IMG/VR virus record: IMGVR_UViG_3300012933_000135
DNA: 64,000 nucleotides
DNA from: an uncultured virus (IMG/VR IMGVR_UViG_3300012933_000135)
Taxonomy: Duplodnaviria; Heunggongvirae; Uroviricota; Caudoviricetes
Direction: 5' to 3' (one strand)
The notes below the pieces were generated by a model. It ran no database searches. It saw only the letters and a program-made list of their open reading frames with translations, and was not told where the DNA came from. This document shows, in pieces, positions 20,208-29,362 of the stretch (the first letter of the stretch is position 1; the number at the start of each line of letters is the position of its first letter). The position numbers were made by a program, and so were the translations under genes.

Positions 20208-20530
20208 CATTAAAGAAGGTACCCGGCGGGTGGATTAACACCCACTTTGAAAAAGAGTATGAAGCAACATATCACACACACATGACTATGATTACACAAG
20301 AACGTAAAAGCAAATACAAACATAAGATCACAATGGCTCGCCAGGCAGATCCTAACTTCCAGTGGAGCAATCCTAAAGTCAATGCAGAAATGCTTGAATG
20401 GTGTGAACAGAGTTACGGGCCTGGTGGTCGCAAGCATCGATGGCGCTTTGGTTGGACACACAAAGATAGCACGTTCTATTTTAAGAGCAGTAAAGATGCT
20501 ATGATGTTTACACTGCGATGGTCAAGCTAA
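20204..20530 (+). CDS. FxLRW-family protein
   Basis: EWCEQSYG...RW...YFKSSKDAMMFTLRWS. Confidence 0.65.
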   Translation: MTLKKVPGGWINTHFEKEYEATYHTHMTMITQERKSKYKHKITMARQADPNFQWSNPKVNAEMLEWCEQSYGPGGRKHRWRFGWTHKDSTFYFKSSKDAMMFTLRWSS

Positions 20531-20922
20531 AAGAATATATCGTCGACAAGTGGCTTACCTGGCGCACGGGTAAGACTAAGGAAGAACGTGACTGGATTAA
20601 CTGGTACGAAGATAATGTAGTTTATCGTGCTGGCACTATTGACAATATGTTTATGCACTTTAAGCATGTCATTGTTGTTAGCCCAGAATTGTTCTTTGAT
20701 CACTGTGAACCGTTTGCTTATGTTCCAAACGAAGATGCTAAACAATACTTCTGGCCCTTTCGTGAATTGGGTAACAATGCCGTTTGGCGATTCGAAAGAG
20801 TCATGTGGGACGAGTGGTCTAACAGTTGGCATATTAACGGATTGGGCGATAGGGATAAGGTATTTGTAGCGACAAACAACGATAAAGATGCTACAATGAT
20901 AGCATTAAAGTACATGTCATGA
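20518..20922 (+). CDS. FxLRW-family-like protein
   Basis: ends KDATMIALKY. Confidence 0.55.
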   Translation: MVKLKEYIVDKWLTWRTGKTKEERDWINWYEDNVVYRAGTIDNMFMHFKHVIVVSPELFFDHCEPFAYVPNEDAKQYFWPFRELGNNAVWRFERVMWDEWSNSWHINGLGDRDKVFVATNNDKDATMIALKYMS

Positions 20923-21194
20923 AAGGCTATATTCAAGTAATGGGACAAGCTATATATCTTCCTACACTCAAGCAGGCAGTGCATAAACCTAAGTACGAGT
21001 TTAGCCGTAGTTGGTTCGTAGCAGACTTTGATACTGCATACTACTTTGAAGTTGAGGAGTGGTGTAAGGAACAGTTTGGCCTACATCCTAAGTATCCAGA
21101 TGCTTGGTCTCGCTGGGTGCATACCTACGAGGATCAAATACACTTTCGTGATGCTAAAGACTACCACTGGTTTATGTTAAGGTGGGGAGCGTAA
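20919..21194 (+). CDS. FxLRW-family protein
   Basis: EWCKEQFG...RW...HFRDAKDYHWFMLRWG. Confidence 0.65.
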   Translation: MKGYIQVMGQAIYLPTLKQAVHKPKYEFSRSWFVADFDTAYYFEVEEWCKEQFGLHPKYPDAWSRWVHTYEDQIHFRDAKDYHWFMLRWGA

Positions 21195-21448
21195 TGTATA
21201 AAGTTTGGGAAGACAAAGTTACAATTGACTGTTGGTACAACGAGGAATTTCAACGCAAGTGCCATCCTGCTTGGGCTAAGATGGTAGACACCCTTGATGA
21301 GAACTTATCAGCTAACGAGTATGAATGGGCTGTTGATGCTATTATGAAAAAGTACAAGGCTAAGATGATTCGTCCTAACACCTATCCACACTACATGCGA
21401 TTCCCTAACGAGAAGATGGCAACTTGGTTCTTATTGGAATGGGCATGA
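21194..21448 (+). CDS. FxLRW-family protein
   Basis: RFPNEKMATWFLLEW. Confidence 0.6.
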   Translation: MYKVWEDKVTIDCWYNEEFQRKCHPAWAKMVDTLDENLSANEYEWAVDAIMKKYKAKMIRPNTYPHYMRFPNEKMATWFLLEWA

Positions 21449-21645
21449 GCAAGTTTATTAAATTCCCATTTGCTCTAAAGTATAAGCGCACAGCTAATTG
21501 GTGGAGCCCTGGTGGTGATTGGTATGAGATATCTACATGGATGAATGAAACCTTTGGACAACACCAATGGGACTACATGGATGAATATTTCATGTTCCGT
21601 ACAGAGAAAGATGCACATTGGTTTGTGTTAAGGTGGGCATCATGA
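21445..21645 (+). CDS. FxLRW-family protein
   Basis: TWMNETFG...W...FRTEKDAHWFVLRWA. Confidence 0.65.
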   Translation: MSKFIKFPFALKYKRTANWWSPGGDWYEISTWMNETFGQHQWDYMDEYFMFRTEKDAHWFVLRWAS

Positions 21646-21866
21646 AAGCAGGTCCTAACGATTGGTGCATTGTGCATGTTGGTGCTAGAGAGCCTAACAT
21701 ATTCAAGTACTGGGACTATTACCGCTACAGTACAGCAGTATCTGCTTACTTAGACAAGCTACGCTGGAAAGGATGTGGCTATGGATTTGCCTACTACTAT
21801 GGCGGCGAGAAGATTTGGTTTAGAAAGGAAAAGCATCTCACAATGTATTTGCTTATAAGAGAATGA
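21642..21866 (+). CDS. FxLRW-family-like protein
   Basis: WFRKEKHLTMYLL. Confidence 0.55.
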   Translation: MKAGPNDWCIVHVGAREPNIFKYWDYYRYSTAVSAYLDKLRWKGCGYGFAYYYGGEKIWFRKEKHLTMYLLIRE

Positions 21867-22195
21867 AACGCTATCATCATAACAATACTAACGAACCTAT
21901 GACATTTAGAACATGGATGCTGACCTCCGACTATGTTATAGGCGAGGATGATTTTAAATGGCTAATGGCATTTGGTATTCCTATCAGGATTGACAAGCCA
22001 GAACATACATTTGAAACAATGAGCGGCGGCAAGCAAACAGTCTACGGCAAACCAATCTATACATTAGACACAACAACAGACAAACAACGTAATATGCTGA
22101 TGTTAAAGTATGGTGATCAAATTGTTCTCCTACAAGAAGACCATGTAATTGCTAACTCAATGAGCGTGTGTACATTGGATAGAATTGTATGGTAA
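21863..22195 (+). CDS. FxLRW-family-like protein
   Basis: TDKQRNMLMLKYG. Confidence 0.5.
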   Translation: MKRYHHNNTNEPMTFRTWMLTSDYVIGEDDFKWLMAFGIPIRIDKPEHTFETMSGGKQTVYGKPIYTLDTTTDKQRNMLMLKYGDQIVLLQEDHVIANSMSVCTLDRIVW

Positions 22196-22407
22196 CTAAA
22201 GGCTGGAAGTACCCAACTGACAATCAACCAGTGTCGCATGTTGACGAGCTAGGGGCAACTTGGTACAGACTCGACTGTCGATATCAGTTCGGTGATTGGA
22301 TTGAAACACATAGCAACAGATTATGGAAATGTGCTGACCCGTATCACATGGCACACTACTGGGTGCATGAGAAGTTGTTCGGTCTTATATTACTAAAGGG
22401 CGTGTGA
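22189..22407 (+). CDS. Hypothetical protein resembling the C-terminal part of 15854-16267
   Basis: W....C......WI...VHEKLF.LILLK. Confidence 0.5.
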   Translation: MVTKGWKYPTDNQPVSHVDELGATWYRLDCRYQFGDWIETHSNRLWKCADPYHMAHYWVHEKLFGLILLKGV

Positions 22408-22691
22408 TGGAACACTTTTACGGAGGCGGTGGCCGCAGTGACCCAGACTTTATATATCGTTTCGAAGTTAAAGACGTTACTAACGACATGTGGAAATGGT
22501 GTGAAGCATATCCATTAACAGGTCCGTTTGAACGCTGGTATGTTCGGCACCTAAACAAGTCAACACCTAATCCCATTATCACATTCGAAAGTCGCAAAGC
22601 TGCGCTGATGTTTAGCATAGCATACAGCGAATATATTATAAAAGACGTGACATATAGTTTCGCAAGGAGTATCCATGAACCATTTAACTGA
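22404..22691 (+). CDS. FxLRW-family-like protein
   Basis: KWCE...RW...FESRKAALMF. Confidence 0.55.
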   Translation: MMEHFYGGGGRSDPDFIYRFEVKDVTNDMWKWCEAYPLTGPFERWYVRHLNKSTPNPIITFESRKAALMFSIAYSEYIIKDVTYSFARSIHEPFN

Positions 22692-23109
22692 TAAAGAACT
22701 AATTGATTATACAATCAAGTTTAGCGACGACTCCGAGAAAGTCCGGCTGGCTACTGCTATGGAACGTATAACAGGCGCTATTATTGATGACTTAGAAGAT
22801 GCTGGTATGGATCCAACCTTCTGTACATTCCGAAGCGAATGGGGAGGTGAGTATCATCCAGGTCGTTACATTACCCTGTTGGAAGACGAAATCCGTATTC
22901 GTGATGAAGATATTCTACAGTTACGTAAAGAACTAGAAGAACAAAAAGCTCGTACGATTGCTGACCTCATTGGAGAACTCAAGCAAGAAATTAAAACAGC
23001 AAACTGGATGGCTGAGGAAGCTCGTAGGGATCGTGACAAAGCAGAAGGCGACCGTGCTATTATGAAAGATAAACTTAGTATGTGGACAAAGCTAAATGGA
23101 CAAGTATGA
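22675..23109 (+). CDS. Hypothetical coiled-coil protein
   Basis: AGGAG SD; heptad-rich C-terminus. Confidence 0.6.
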   Translation: MNHLTDKELIDYTIKFSDDSEKVRLATAMERITGAIIDDLEDAGMDPTFCTFRSEWGGEYHPGRYITLLEDEIRIRDEDILQLRKELEEQKARTIADLIGELKQEIKTANWMAEEARRDRDKAEGDRAIMKDKLSMWTKLNGQV

Positions 23110-23468
23110 AGATTGTCTGGAACAGAAGCATAGGCTTCAATATAGAATTAAACAAGATGGTACAACCAACACAACCGATACCTATGAGCGTTAACGGAAT
23201 GTCTAAGTTTAGCCCTAGTACATTTGCACCTATGGAAAAAACTATTATCACAGACGGCGCAGACTGCTACCCATGGACTGAAACATTCGTCATATGGCCG
23301 CGTAAGACAATTACAGGCAAGCCCTTATTCTGGACTAAGGCATACAAGCGTAGAGTCTGGATAGTATGGGGCACAGGCTTCCACATGGAGCCAGAAACAC
23401 AATATGCAACGGCATTTGACATGTTAAACGATCCGTGGACAGTGTCAGGTGCAAAGGCAATGCGCTAG
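23106..23468 (+). CDS. Hypothetical protein
   Basis: W...F..WPR.T..GK..W pattern. Confidence 0.55.
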   Translation: MKIVWNRSIGFNIELNKMVQPTQPIPMSVNGMSKFSPSTFAPMEKTIITDGADCYPWTETFVIWPRKTITGKPLFWTKAYKRRVWIVWGTGFHMEPETQYATAFDMLNDPWTVSGAKAMR

Positions 23469-23469
23469 G

Positions 23470-23694
23470 GTGGATAAAGTATTCGTTGCCAACATCGATG
23501 CAACAAGGACAATGGAGTTGGTTAGAGAGCTCCGGGCCAAAGGTTTGATTCAGGGCGTGGACTTTAACTTTGCCTATCAACATGGCAAATATGATTTCTT
23601 CCTACGTGAAGTTGAAATGCTCAAAGGCTGCACCTTTACGTTTACGGATCCCAAGTGGGCAACATTCTTTAGGATACAGTATGGCACAGAGTAA
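23470..23694 (+). CDS. FxLRW-family-like protein
   Basis: FTFTDPKWATFFRIQY. Confidence 0.5.
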   Translation: MDKVFVANIDATRTMELVRELRAKGLIQGVDFNFAYQHGKYDFFLREVEMLKGCTFTFTDPKWATFFRIQYGTE

Positions 23695-24037
23695 CCCTAG
23701 TAATACAGGACAACTAGGGCCAGCACGGCCTAGTCCGAATGGAAATAAGATCTGCGATGTTATGTATATCGATGATCGAGTTCATAGGATACACCGGATA
23801 GTCGTCCACACGTTTATAATGAGCGATAGCGATGACCCGGACTTGTATGCTGCCCAACCATTATGGGAATGGCGAGAAAGTGAAATGGGCCAATGGGTAA
23901 TGGAGCGAGCAGTAGAAACGCCCGAATGGCATAGACAAATGGACCCGTACCAATATGGCTACACTTATGCAGTTGTAGCCAAATTAAAGGATGTTGACTA
24001 TACCTTTTGGGCTCTAAAGTGGGGTTCTGTACCTTGA
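23681..24037 (+). CDS. FxLRW-family-like protein
   Basis: DPDLYAA.P...W...G.WVM...DYTFWALKWG. Confidence 0.6.
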   Translation: MAQSNPSNTGQLGPARPSPNGNKICDVMYIDDRVHRIHRIVVHTFIMSDSDDPDLYAAQPLWEWRESEMGQWVMERAVETPEWHRQMDPYQYGYTYAVVAKLKDVDYTFWALKWGSVP

Positions 24038-24062
24038 CGTGGTGATACGATCATGCTATAAT
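24034..24062 (+). promoter_or_regulatory. sigma70-type promoter (leaderless)
   Basis: TTGACG N17 TATAAT; ATG at 24068. Confidence 0.8.
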
Positions 24063-24067
24063 AAGGC

Positions 24068-24469
24068 ATGAAATTAAGCGAACACAGCAAAAACAAACTG
24101 AAGCAGACCATGACCTACTGGAGAGTGGATACTGAGTATGCCCAGCCAATGTTTAACTATTTGGTCTACGGGTTTAGTCCAGGTAGCTTCTTTTCGGCTG
24201 TACTGGCTAACGACTTTATGACTGCTGTGGCCCGTAGCCATCCAGCTAATACTATACCCGCCCTAAAGAATCTAGTGGGTTGGATTAGGGATAGTATGCC
24301 CAGAGAAGCATGGGGCTCAGATGAAGCTGTTAACCATTGGCTCAGCCTTACTGTTAATGAACGCAGGGCTGTTCTGGAAGCACATAAGCTAGTCCTTACC
24401 CCCAAAGAAGAAACATGGGCCAGCCTTAACGGCGAGCCTACATTTGATCCATTTGAAGTATTTGCATGA
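24068..24469 (+). CDS. Hypothetical protein
   Basis: ORF track; PGSF..AVLAND...AWGS...V..W. Confidence 0.6.
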   Translation: MKLSEHSKNKLKQTMTYWRVDTEYAQPMFNYLVYGFSPGSFFSAVLANDFMTAVARSHPANTIPALKNLVGWIRDSMPREAWGSDEAVNHWLSLTVNERRAVLEAHKLVLTPKEETWASLNGEPTFDPFEVFA

Positions 24470-24957
24470 CCAAAGAAATAATTTTTTATGTCAAGCAGGG
24501 TCGTAAGTACGTGCCACATAGCACCTACTCCAGCGAGTTCTGCGACAGCTTCCCCAAGGGTACGCATTTGGTACAAAGCTACCCAGGAGGGTCTAGCCGC
24601 CGTTACAACATTGACCCAGCTTATGCACCCATGATTGCTGCGGGTAGGGTGGCCGAGGATGTTATCAGCAAGCGAATCATGGATGCTACAGAGATTAGAC
24701 GTAATAGTCGTAATAAAGAAACACCCTTGACCCCCGGGCAGAAAGCTGCTTGGGACAAGCTAGTAGAAGAGTTCGGGCCCGATGCTAAACAACTAGAGTG
24801 GCCCAGCGCCCGTGAGTGTGCCGAAGCTGCTGTCAAGGCCATGACTGAAGAAGCTGAAAAGCTGTTACAGGACCCTATTGTACGCAAGGCCTACGAACGT
24901 TTCTTGTTTGTGGCACAATTGACCAAAGATCATGCTAAGACTGACTCTGCTGATTAG
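24466..24957 (+). CDS. Hypothetical protein
   Basis: ORF track; ATGA overlap. Confidence 0.6.
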   Translation: MTKEIIFYVKQGRKYVPHSTYSSEFCDSFPKGTHLVQSYPGGSSRRYNIDPAYAPMIAAGRVAEDVISKRIMDATEIRRNSRNKETPLTPGQKAAWDKLVEEFGPDAKQLEWPSARECAEAAVKAMTEEAEKLLQDPIVRKAYERFLFVAQLTKDHAKTDSAD

Positions 24958-25144
24958 CCTGGCCCTACAGGGTTGCGCAGCCACTTCGGTAGCTTCAGTA
25001 GCCACACTGGGTGCAACTGGCAAGAGTGGTACTGATCATGTAGTTGGGTGGGCTATCCACAAAGATTGCAATACCCTGAGAGTTATGGATAGGGCCATGC
25101 CCTGCCGTGACGTGTTGGAAGTTTATAACCTTAACCCTTATTAG
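24932..25144 (+). CDS. Putative small lipoprotein
   Basis: Signal peptide with lipobox-like LQGC. Confidence 0.5.
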   Translation: MLRLTLLISLALQGCAATSVASVATLGATGKSGTDHVVGWAIHKDCNTLRVMDRAMPCRDVLEVYNLNPY

Positions 25145-25151
25145 GAACAAA

Positions 25152-25535
25152 ATGGAAACGTTAGATGTTATTGTATTGGTCAGCTTTGCCCTGGCCATTG
25201 GTTGGTACGCAGGGTGGGTAGCCCGTGGTATCGTTATCATCACAAACCTAGCCCGAGACCCTGAGCGCATGATCAAGATGCTGGAAGAGATTCGAGCTTT
25301 GAACATTGAAGAACAAGAGGGCACAGCCCAACCCACAACTGCTGCCAGACCCAAAGATGCTGTGGCTGTTTGGGCAGAAGAGCTCAAGGGCTTGACCTAC
25401 ATATACACTGTGGAAAAGAACGAGTTCGTGGGCCAGGGTCCAAGCCTACATGATGCCCTGGTTATGGCTGCAGAGCGTTACCCCAACAAGACCTTCTGGC
25501 TAGATAAAAGTCAGCAGGCTAACCATACTGCTTGA
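25152..25535 (+). CDS. Membrane-anchored hypothetical protein
   Basis: N-terminal TM segment; AGGA SD. Confidence 0.55.
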   Translation: METLDVIVLVSFALAIGWYAGWVARGIVIITNLARDPERMIKMLEEIRALNIEEQEGTAQPTTAARPKDAVAVWAEELKGLTYIYTVEKNEFVGQGPSLHDALVMAAERYPNKTFWLDKSQQANHTA

Positions 25536-25611
25536 TCTTTCAGCAGGGATCGCATATAATTAATACTTGCTGCTAGAGAACGCAGCGAACATAACATATA
25601 TAGGAAATAAA

Positions 25612-25890
25612 ATGAAATTGTTCAATCCAGAAACCAAAACTTACAAACTCTTCAACGCATTGTATCAAGGCGATACAGTCACAGCCGCGGACGCAAGCAA
25701 GCGTTTTGGCATTAAGAACATTGCCGCAGAAGCAAGCCGTATCCGTCAAAATGGTTACGCAGTCTATGCTAACACACGCATCGCGGGCAATGGCGTGAAA
25801 GTAACAGAATATCAATTGGGCAAGCCAAGCCGTGAAATCGTTGCACTTGGCTACAAGGCCAAGGCAATGGGCTTGACACTAGAAGCTTAA
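25612..25890 (+). CDS. Winged helix-turn-helix-like DNA-binding protein
   Basis: G..VT...A..RFG......AS.IR..GY..Y; own promoter TTGATC N17 TATAAT (25532-25560). Confidence 0.6.
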   Translation: MKLFNPETKTYKLFNALYQGDTVTAADASKRFGIKNIAAEASRIRQNGYAVYANTRIAGNGVKVTEYQLGKPSREIVALGYKAKAMGLTLEA

Positions 25891-25908
25891 TAGCTTTTTA
25901 CCCAAGTT

Positions 25909-25930
25909 AAGGGCCCTTAGGGGCCTTTTC
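25909..25930 (+). terminator. Intrinsic terminator
   Basis: GGCCC-TTAG-GGGCC stem followed by TTTT. Confidence 0.7.
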
Positions 25931-25943
25931 TAATAACTACTGT

Positions 25944-26228
25944 ATGAACGATATTCTAATTAACACACTTAAATGGATCAAAGAAGATTATGCTAGTCAC
26001 CCTTTTCGCTTTTGTATCGAGTTGCTTGCTTGGGCTATTAGTATTGGCTGTAGCATTACCATGGCGCTCACCGTACCGCAACCGCCTCTTCTTATGCTTT
26101 ACCCTGTCTGGATTACTGGTTGTGCTCTCTACGCTTGGGCTGCTTGGACTCGTAAAAGCTTCGGCATGATAGCCAACTATCTATTGCTGGTAACCATTGA
26201 CTGTATTGGACTCTTAAGGATGCTATGA
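25944..26228 (+). CDS. Small multi-pass membrane protein
   Basis: Three hydrophobic helices. Confidence 0.6.
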   Translation: MNDILINTLKWIKEDYASHPFRFCIELLAWAISIGCSITMALTVPQPPLLMLYPVWITGCALYAWAAWTRKSFGMIANYLLLVTIDCIGLLRML

Positions 26229-26797
26229 AACTCTTCGATAACGTATTGCCCGCGGGCTATTTTAACACCATTGAGCAGACCATAATGGGTCCTGCTTTCC
26301 CCTGGAACATCAACACCAATACAGTTAACCTGGGCTCAACCCTGGGCTATTGGGATGATCACACAGAAGACAGCCAGCAGTTCACGCATGTGTTTGCACA
26401 CGATGGACAGGTTGTTAGCGACTATTACCCCCTGATCCAACCCATGCTGTACTTCCTGGAACTGCACACGGGCAAGGAATGGAACGTGCTCAGAGTCAAG
26501 GCCAACATGCTGATCAGAGAGCCGGGCTACCCAGAGGGCAAGTACAACACCCAGCATATGGATGTGTTCAAACCCTTGGGCGCACCATCTAGAGCTCGTA
26601 GCTTCCTATTCTATTTGAATGACAGCGACGGTGTTACCCAGTTCTTTGATAGTGATCACCAGCAGACACATCACATGGTGCCCAAAGCCAATTCGGGCAT
26701 GTTGTTTGACAGTACCACATGGCATGCCAGCACACCCCCGAGAACGGGCCCAAATCGGGTAGTTCTTAACTTCATTTTGGAACCCAGACTAGGTTGA
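26225..26797 (+). CDS. 2OG-Fe(II) oxygenase
   Basis: HMD...FYLNDSDG.T...FDS..WH...R.VLNF. Confidence 0.8.
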   Translation: MKLFDNVLPAGYFNTIEQTIMGPAFPWNINTNTVNLGSTLGYWDDHTEDSQQFTHVFAHDGQVVSDYYPLIQPMLYFLELHTGKEWNVLRVKANMLIREPGYPEGKYNTQHMDVFKPLGAPSRARSFLFYLNDSDGVTQFFDSDHQQTHHMVPKANSGMLFDSTTWHASTPPRTGPNRVVLNFILEPRLG

Positions 26798-26853
26798 CAG
26801 CTAGCCCAGTTAGCAGTATAATAACACATACACACTAACACAGGGCTAGCAAA

Positions 26854-27606
26854 ATGAAGCGATTTTTAGTCTTATTTGGCTTATTCTTAGCCATTCAAGT
26901 CCACGCACAAGAAACAGTACGCTGGACTCACGAACAATATACCCTATCAGCACAGTTATACCCTGCGGGTCCACGAGCTGTGATCGTAGTACACGGCACA
27001 GGTGGCCCGGACAATAGAGGCATTGACTATGCGCGAGCACTTAATCAAGCAGGTATCACAGCATTTGTAGTGGACTTTAAAACAGGTGTATTCACGGGCC
27101 CACATGATCGTAATCGTGTACGCTTCCTGCCCATGCTAGCATCAGCTTATCAACAACTGGCAAGTAGACCCGAGATAACCTCTGTGGGATTATTGGGTAT
27201 GAGTCTGGGCGGAGTGTTGGCTGTACACAGTAAAGACGCCAATAACTACTTGCCCTTTAAGAGCTCAGTGGCCCTATATCCAGTGTGCAAGAACTATATT
27301 GACGGCGGTCGTTGGGCGCATCTCAGCTCTAATACTAGCCAATATACCCGCGAACCCATGCTGATTATCTACGGCACAAAGGACACTTACGGTGAAGGCA
27401 CAAGCTGTCCAAAGCTGCAAGCAAAGGTCCAAACCCTTTGGAACGCAAGATTTTTAGCAGTCGACGCACATCACGGATTCGAACGCAAGCAGAACATGCA
27501 GTTCCAAGATCCAGACAGCGCCAGCCCTGCCATTATTGAATATAGCGAGCAAGCAACACAACAAAGCCACAGAGCTGTTATCGAGTTCTTTAAGTCTACA
27601 CTATAA
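26854..27606 (+). CDS. Dienelactone-hydrolase-like alpha/beta hydrolase with signal peptide
   Basis: VHGTGG, GMSLGG nucleophile elbow, G.KD, HHGF. Confidence 0.8.
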   Translation: MKRFLVLFGLFLAIQVHAQETVRWTHEQYTLSAQLYPAGPRAVIVVHGTGGPDNRGIDYARALNQAGITAFVVDFKTGVFTGPHDRNRVRFLPMLASAYQQLASRPEITSVGLLGMSLGGVLAVHSKDANNYLPFKSSVALYPVCKNYIDGGRWAHLSSNTSQYTREPMLIIYGTKDTYGEGTSCPKLQAKVQTLWNARFLAVDAHHGFERKQNMQFQDPDSASPAIIEYSEQATQQSHRAVIEFFKSTL

Positions 27607-27736
27607 GAAAACCAATAATAAGTCCTAGTCCAATAGACAAGTTCGCGACTATAATCATCGAAAGGACAAATATCCAATCGTCGCGATCCATTCGATATCT
27701 AGGCTGATACCAACTTATATAGTACTTGTTCATATA

Positions 27737-27985
27737 TAGGCCCCGCTGTAAGCATATACGTATATAGTATAAAAACTCTATATAGTGATCACTGCCTATA
27801 GCTATTATTAGCTTATGACTAGGATCTATATAGTGACTCATATAGTATACACACGGTGTGACTACAGTAGAAACTCAATAAAGAAGTTGTCTATAAGCTG
27901 TATAGTAGCATAGGCCCCGCTGTACAAGCAAGCACAATGGCTGGTCTCGCGCTTATATTGATACCCATATCTAGGCCCCGCTGTA
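27737..27985. repeat. Three exact copies of TAGGCCCCGCTGTA in an AT-rich non-coding region
   Basis: 27737-27750, 27911-27924, 27972-27985; region also rich in CTATATAG palindromes. Confidence 0.9.
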
Positions 27986-28338
27986 TACGTGTGCGTGTTA
28001 TGTGCTTAGAGTTATACTATATAGAGAAAACGGCAGAACCTTTAAGATACTATGGGAAACAATGGAAAACCTGGGGTATTCATTAAAACTATGCCTCGTC
28101 ACCTCTCACGTTAGAGAAAATTTTTTACCCTATACCACAATATGGCCACCGCTCTAGCGACCTTGTAGACTGGTTCGGTCACACTTTATTGCACTTTATC
28201 ACACTTTTTATCCAGGTTTAAAGCACCTACAGCCTGGGTATTTGCACTCTTCTCACTATATAGACTCTGATGCTATAGTATATTCACGGCAGGGATAGTG
28301 TTGACTGATATATACTATATAGAAACCGGGAGTATATT

Positions 28339-28548
28339 ATGAAAGAATGTAATGCTACTGTTAGATTTAGAACTCACCTTGTACATATACGAGTTGATGA
28401 ATCGGATAATATCCACTGTTTCAAGTATACTCATAATCGCTGTGAGTATGAGACCTTTACTGATCAAGACCTTGCTGAACTCTATATAGTAGCTCCATTC
28501 AGTAGTATGGTCTATGAGCTGATCCTGGAAGGGGATGAAGAGCATTAA
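28339..28548 (+). CDS. Hypothetical protein
   Basis: GGGAG SD before ATG. Confidence 0.45.
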   Translation: MKECNATVRFRTHLVHIRVDESDNIHCFKYTHNRCEYETFTDQDLAELYIVAPFSSMVYELILEGDEEH

Positions 28549-28667
28549 CTGCCCGTTCATTGTGCTCTATATAGTATAGAGAAACATTCGCCCACACTCG
28601 CCGTCCATCCCGGAATTATAGTCCTTCGACGCTATGATTTGCGGCAGCTCTGTTGCCCTATGTGAGT

Positions 28668-28696
28668 ATTATACTGTCTTTTGGGCTGGCTGTCAA
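28668..28696 (-). promoter_or_regulatory. Leftward sigma70-type promoter pointing into the non-coding repeat region
   Basis: TTGACA (28696-28691) N17 TATAAT (28673-28668); back-to-back with the plus promoter at 28720. Confidence 0.8.
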
Positions 28697-28769
28697 TCCA
28701 CTTTCTTTGTGTAGGGTTATTGACAGAGTCGGCTTTTGGCACTATAATTAGGCTATACAAAAGGAACTC

Positions 28770-28919
28770 ATGTACGCAATCATCAATCGCACTACCAAAA
28801 TCACTCTATTCTTTGCCCGTTTCGACCAAGCATTCGAAGCTTGCCGTGCTTACAATGTCTTGCCCGGGCATAGTGTCTATATCGTAGATTTCGCAGAATC
28901 TAAAATCGAACAGCTATAA
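28770..28919 (+). CDS. Small early protein (49 aa)
   Basis: Hand-translated MYAIINRTT...; AAGGA SD and own promoter. Confidence 0.55.
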   Translation: MYAIINRTTKITLFFARFDQAFEACRAYNVLPGHSVYIVDFAESKIEQL

Positions 28920-28973
28920 CCCTAGGGGGTTTAGGGTTATTGACACAATCGCCGTTCTAGCATATAATACACT

Positions 28974-29291
28974 ATGACGAAAAGAACTGCTCGCAAAGAC
29001 TCAAACTACATCATCTATGCGGCTACCCATAACGGGCAGTCGTATATAGGATTGACTCGCAAGGGATCAACTACAGTGAAGAAGGCTGTACTTGAGCGCT
29101 GGCGTAAGCATATCAGTAGAGCAAAGCATGAAGATCGCGACTGGGAGATCTATCGCTATATCAAAGCAGGCAACTGGACCAACTGGGAGCATGAGGTCAT
29201 CACTGTGATTCGCGGTCGTGCTGAAGCTTATGCATACGAACGAGCAATTGTCAAGGCTATCCAACCAGAGCTGAATGACCAGTACATGTGA
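28974..29291 (+). CDS. GIY-YIG nuclease domain protein
   Basis: IIY......SYIGLT...R...H...E...I....P.LN. Confidence 0.75.
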   Translation: MTKRTARKDSNYIIYAATHNGQSYIGLTRKGSTTVKKAVLERWRKHISRAKHEDRDWEIYRYIKAGNWTNWEHEVITVIRGRAEAYAYERAIVKAIQPELNDQYM

Positions 29292-29362
29292 ACGGGTATT
29301 GACAGGGTGGCAAGATCATGTTATAATTATGGCATACACTAACAAACACTGGAGCGAAAACC

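Noticed and set aside
27596..27841. 81-aa minus-strand ORF in the repeat region
   Set aside because: Low-complexity Tyr/Ile-rich translation of TATA repeats; no RBS
27737..27985. Possible mini-CRISPR array
   Set aside because: Repeats are only 14 nt with irregular spacing (174 and 61 bp start-to-start); no cas genes in the window
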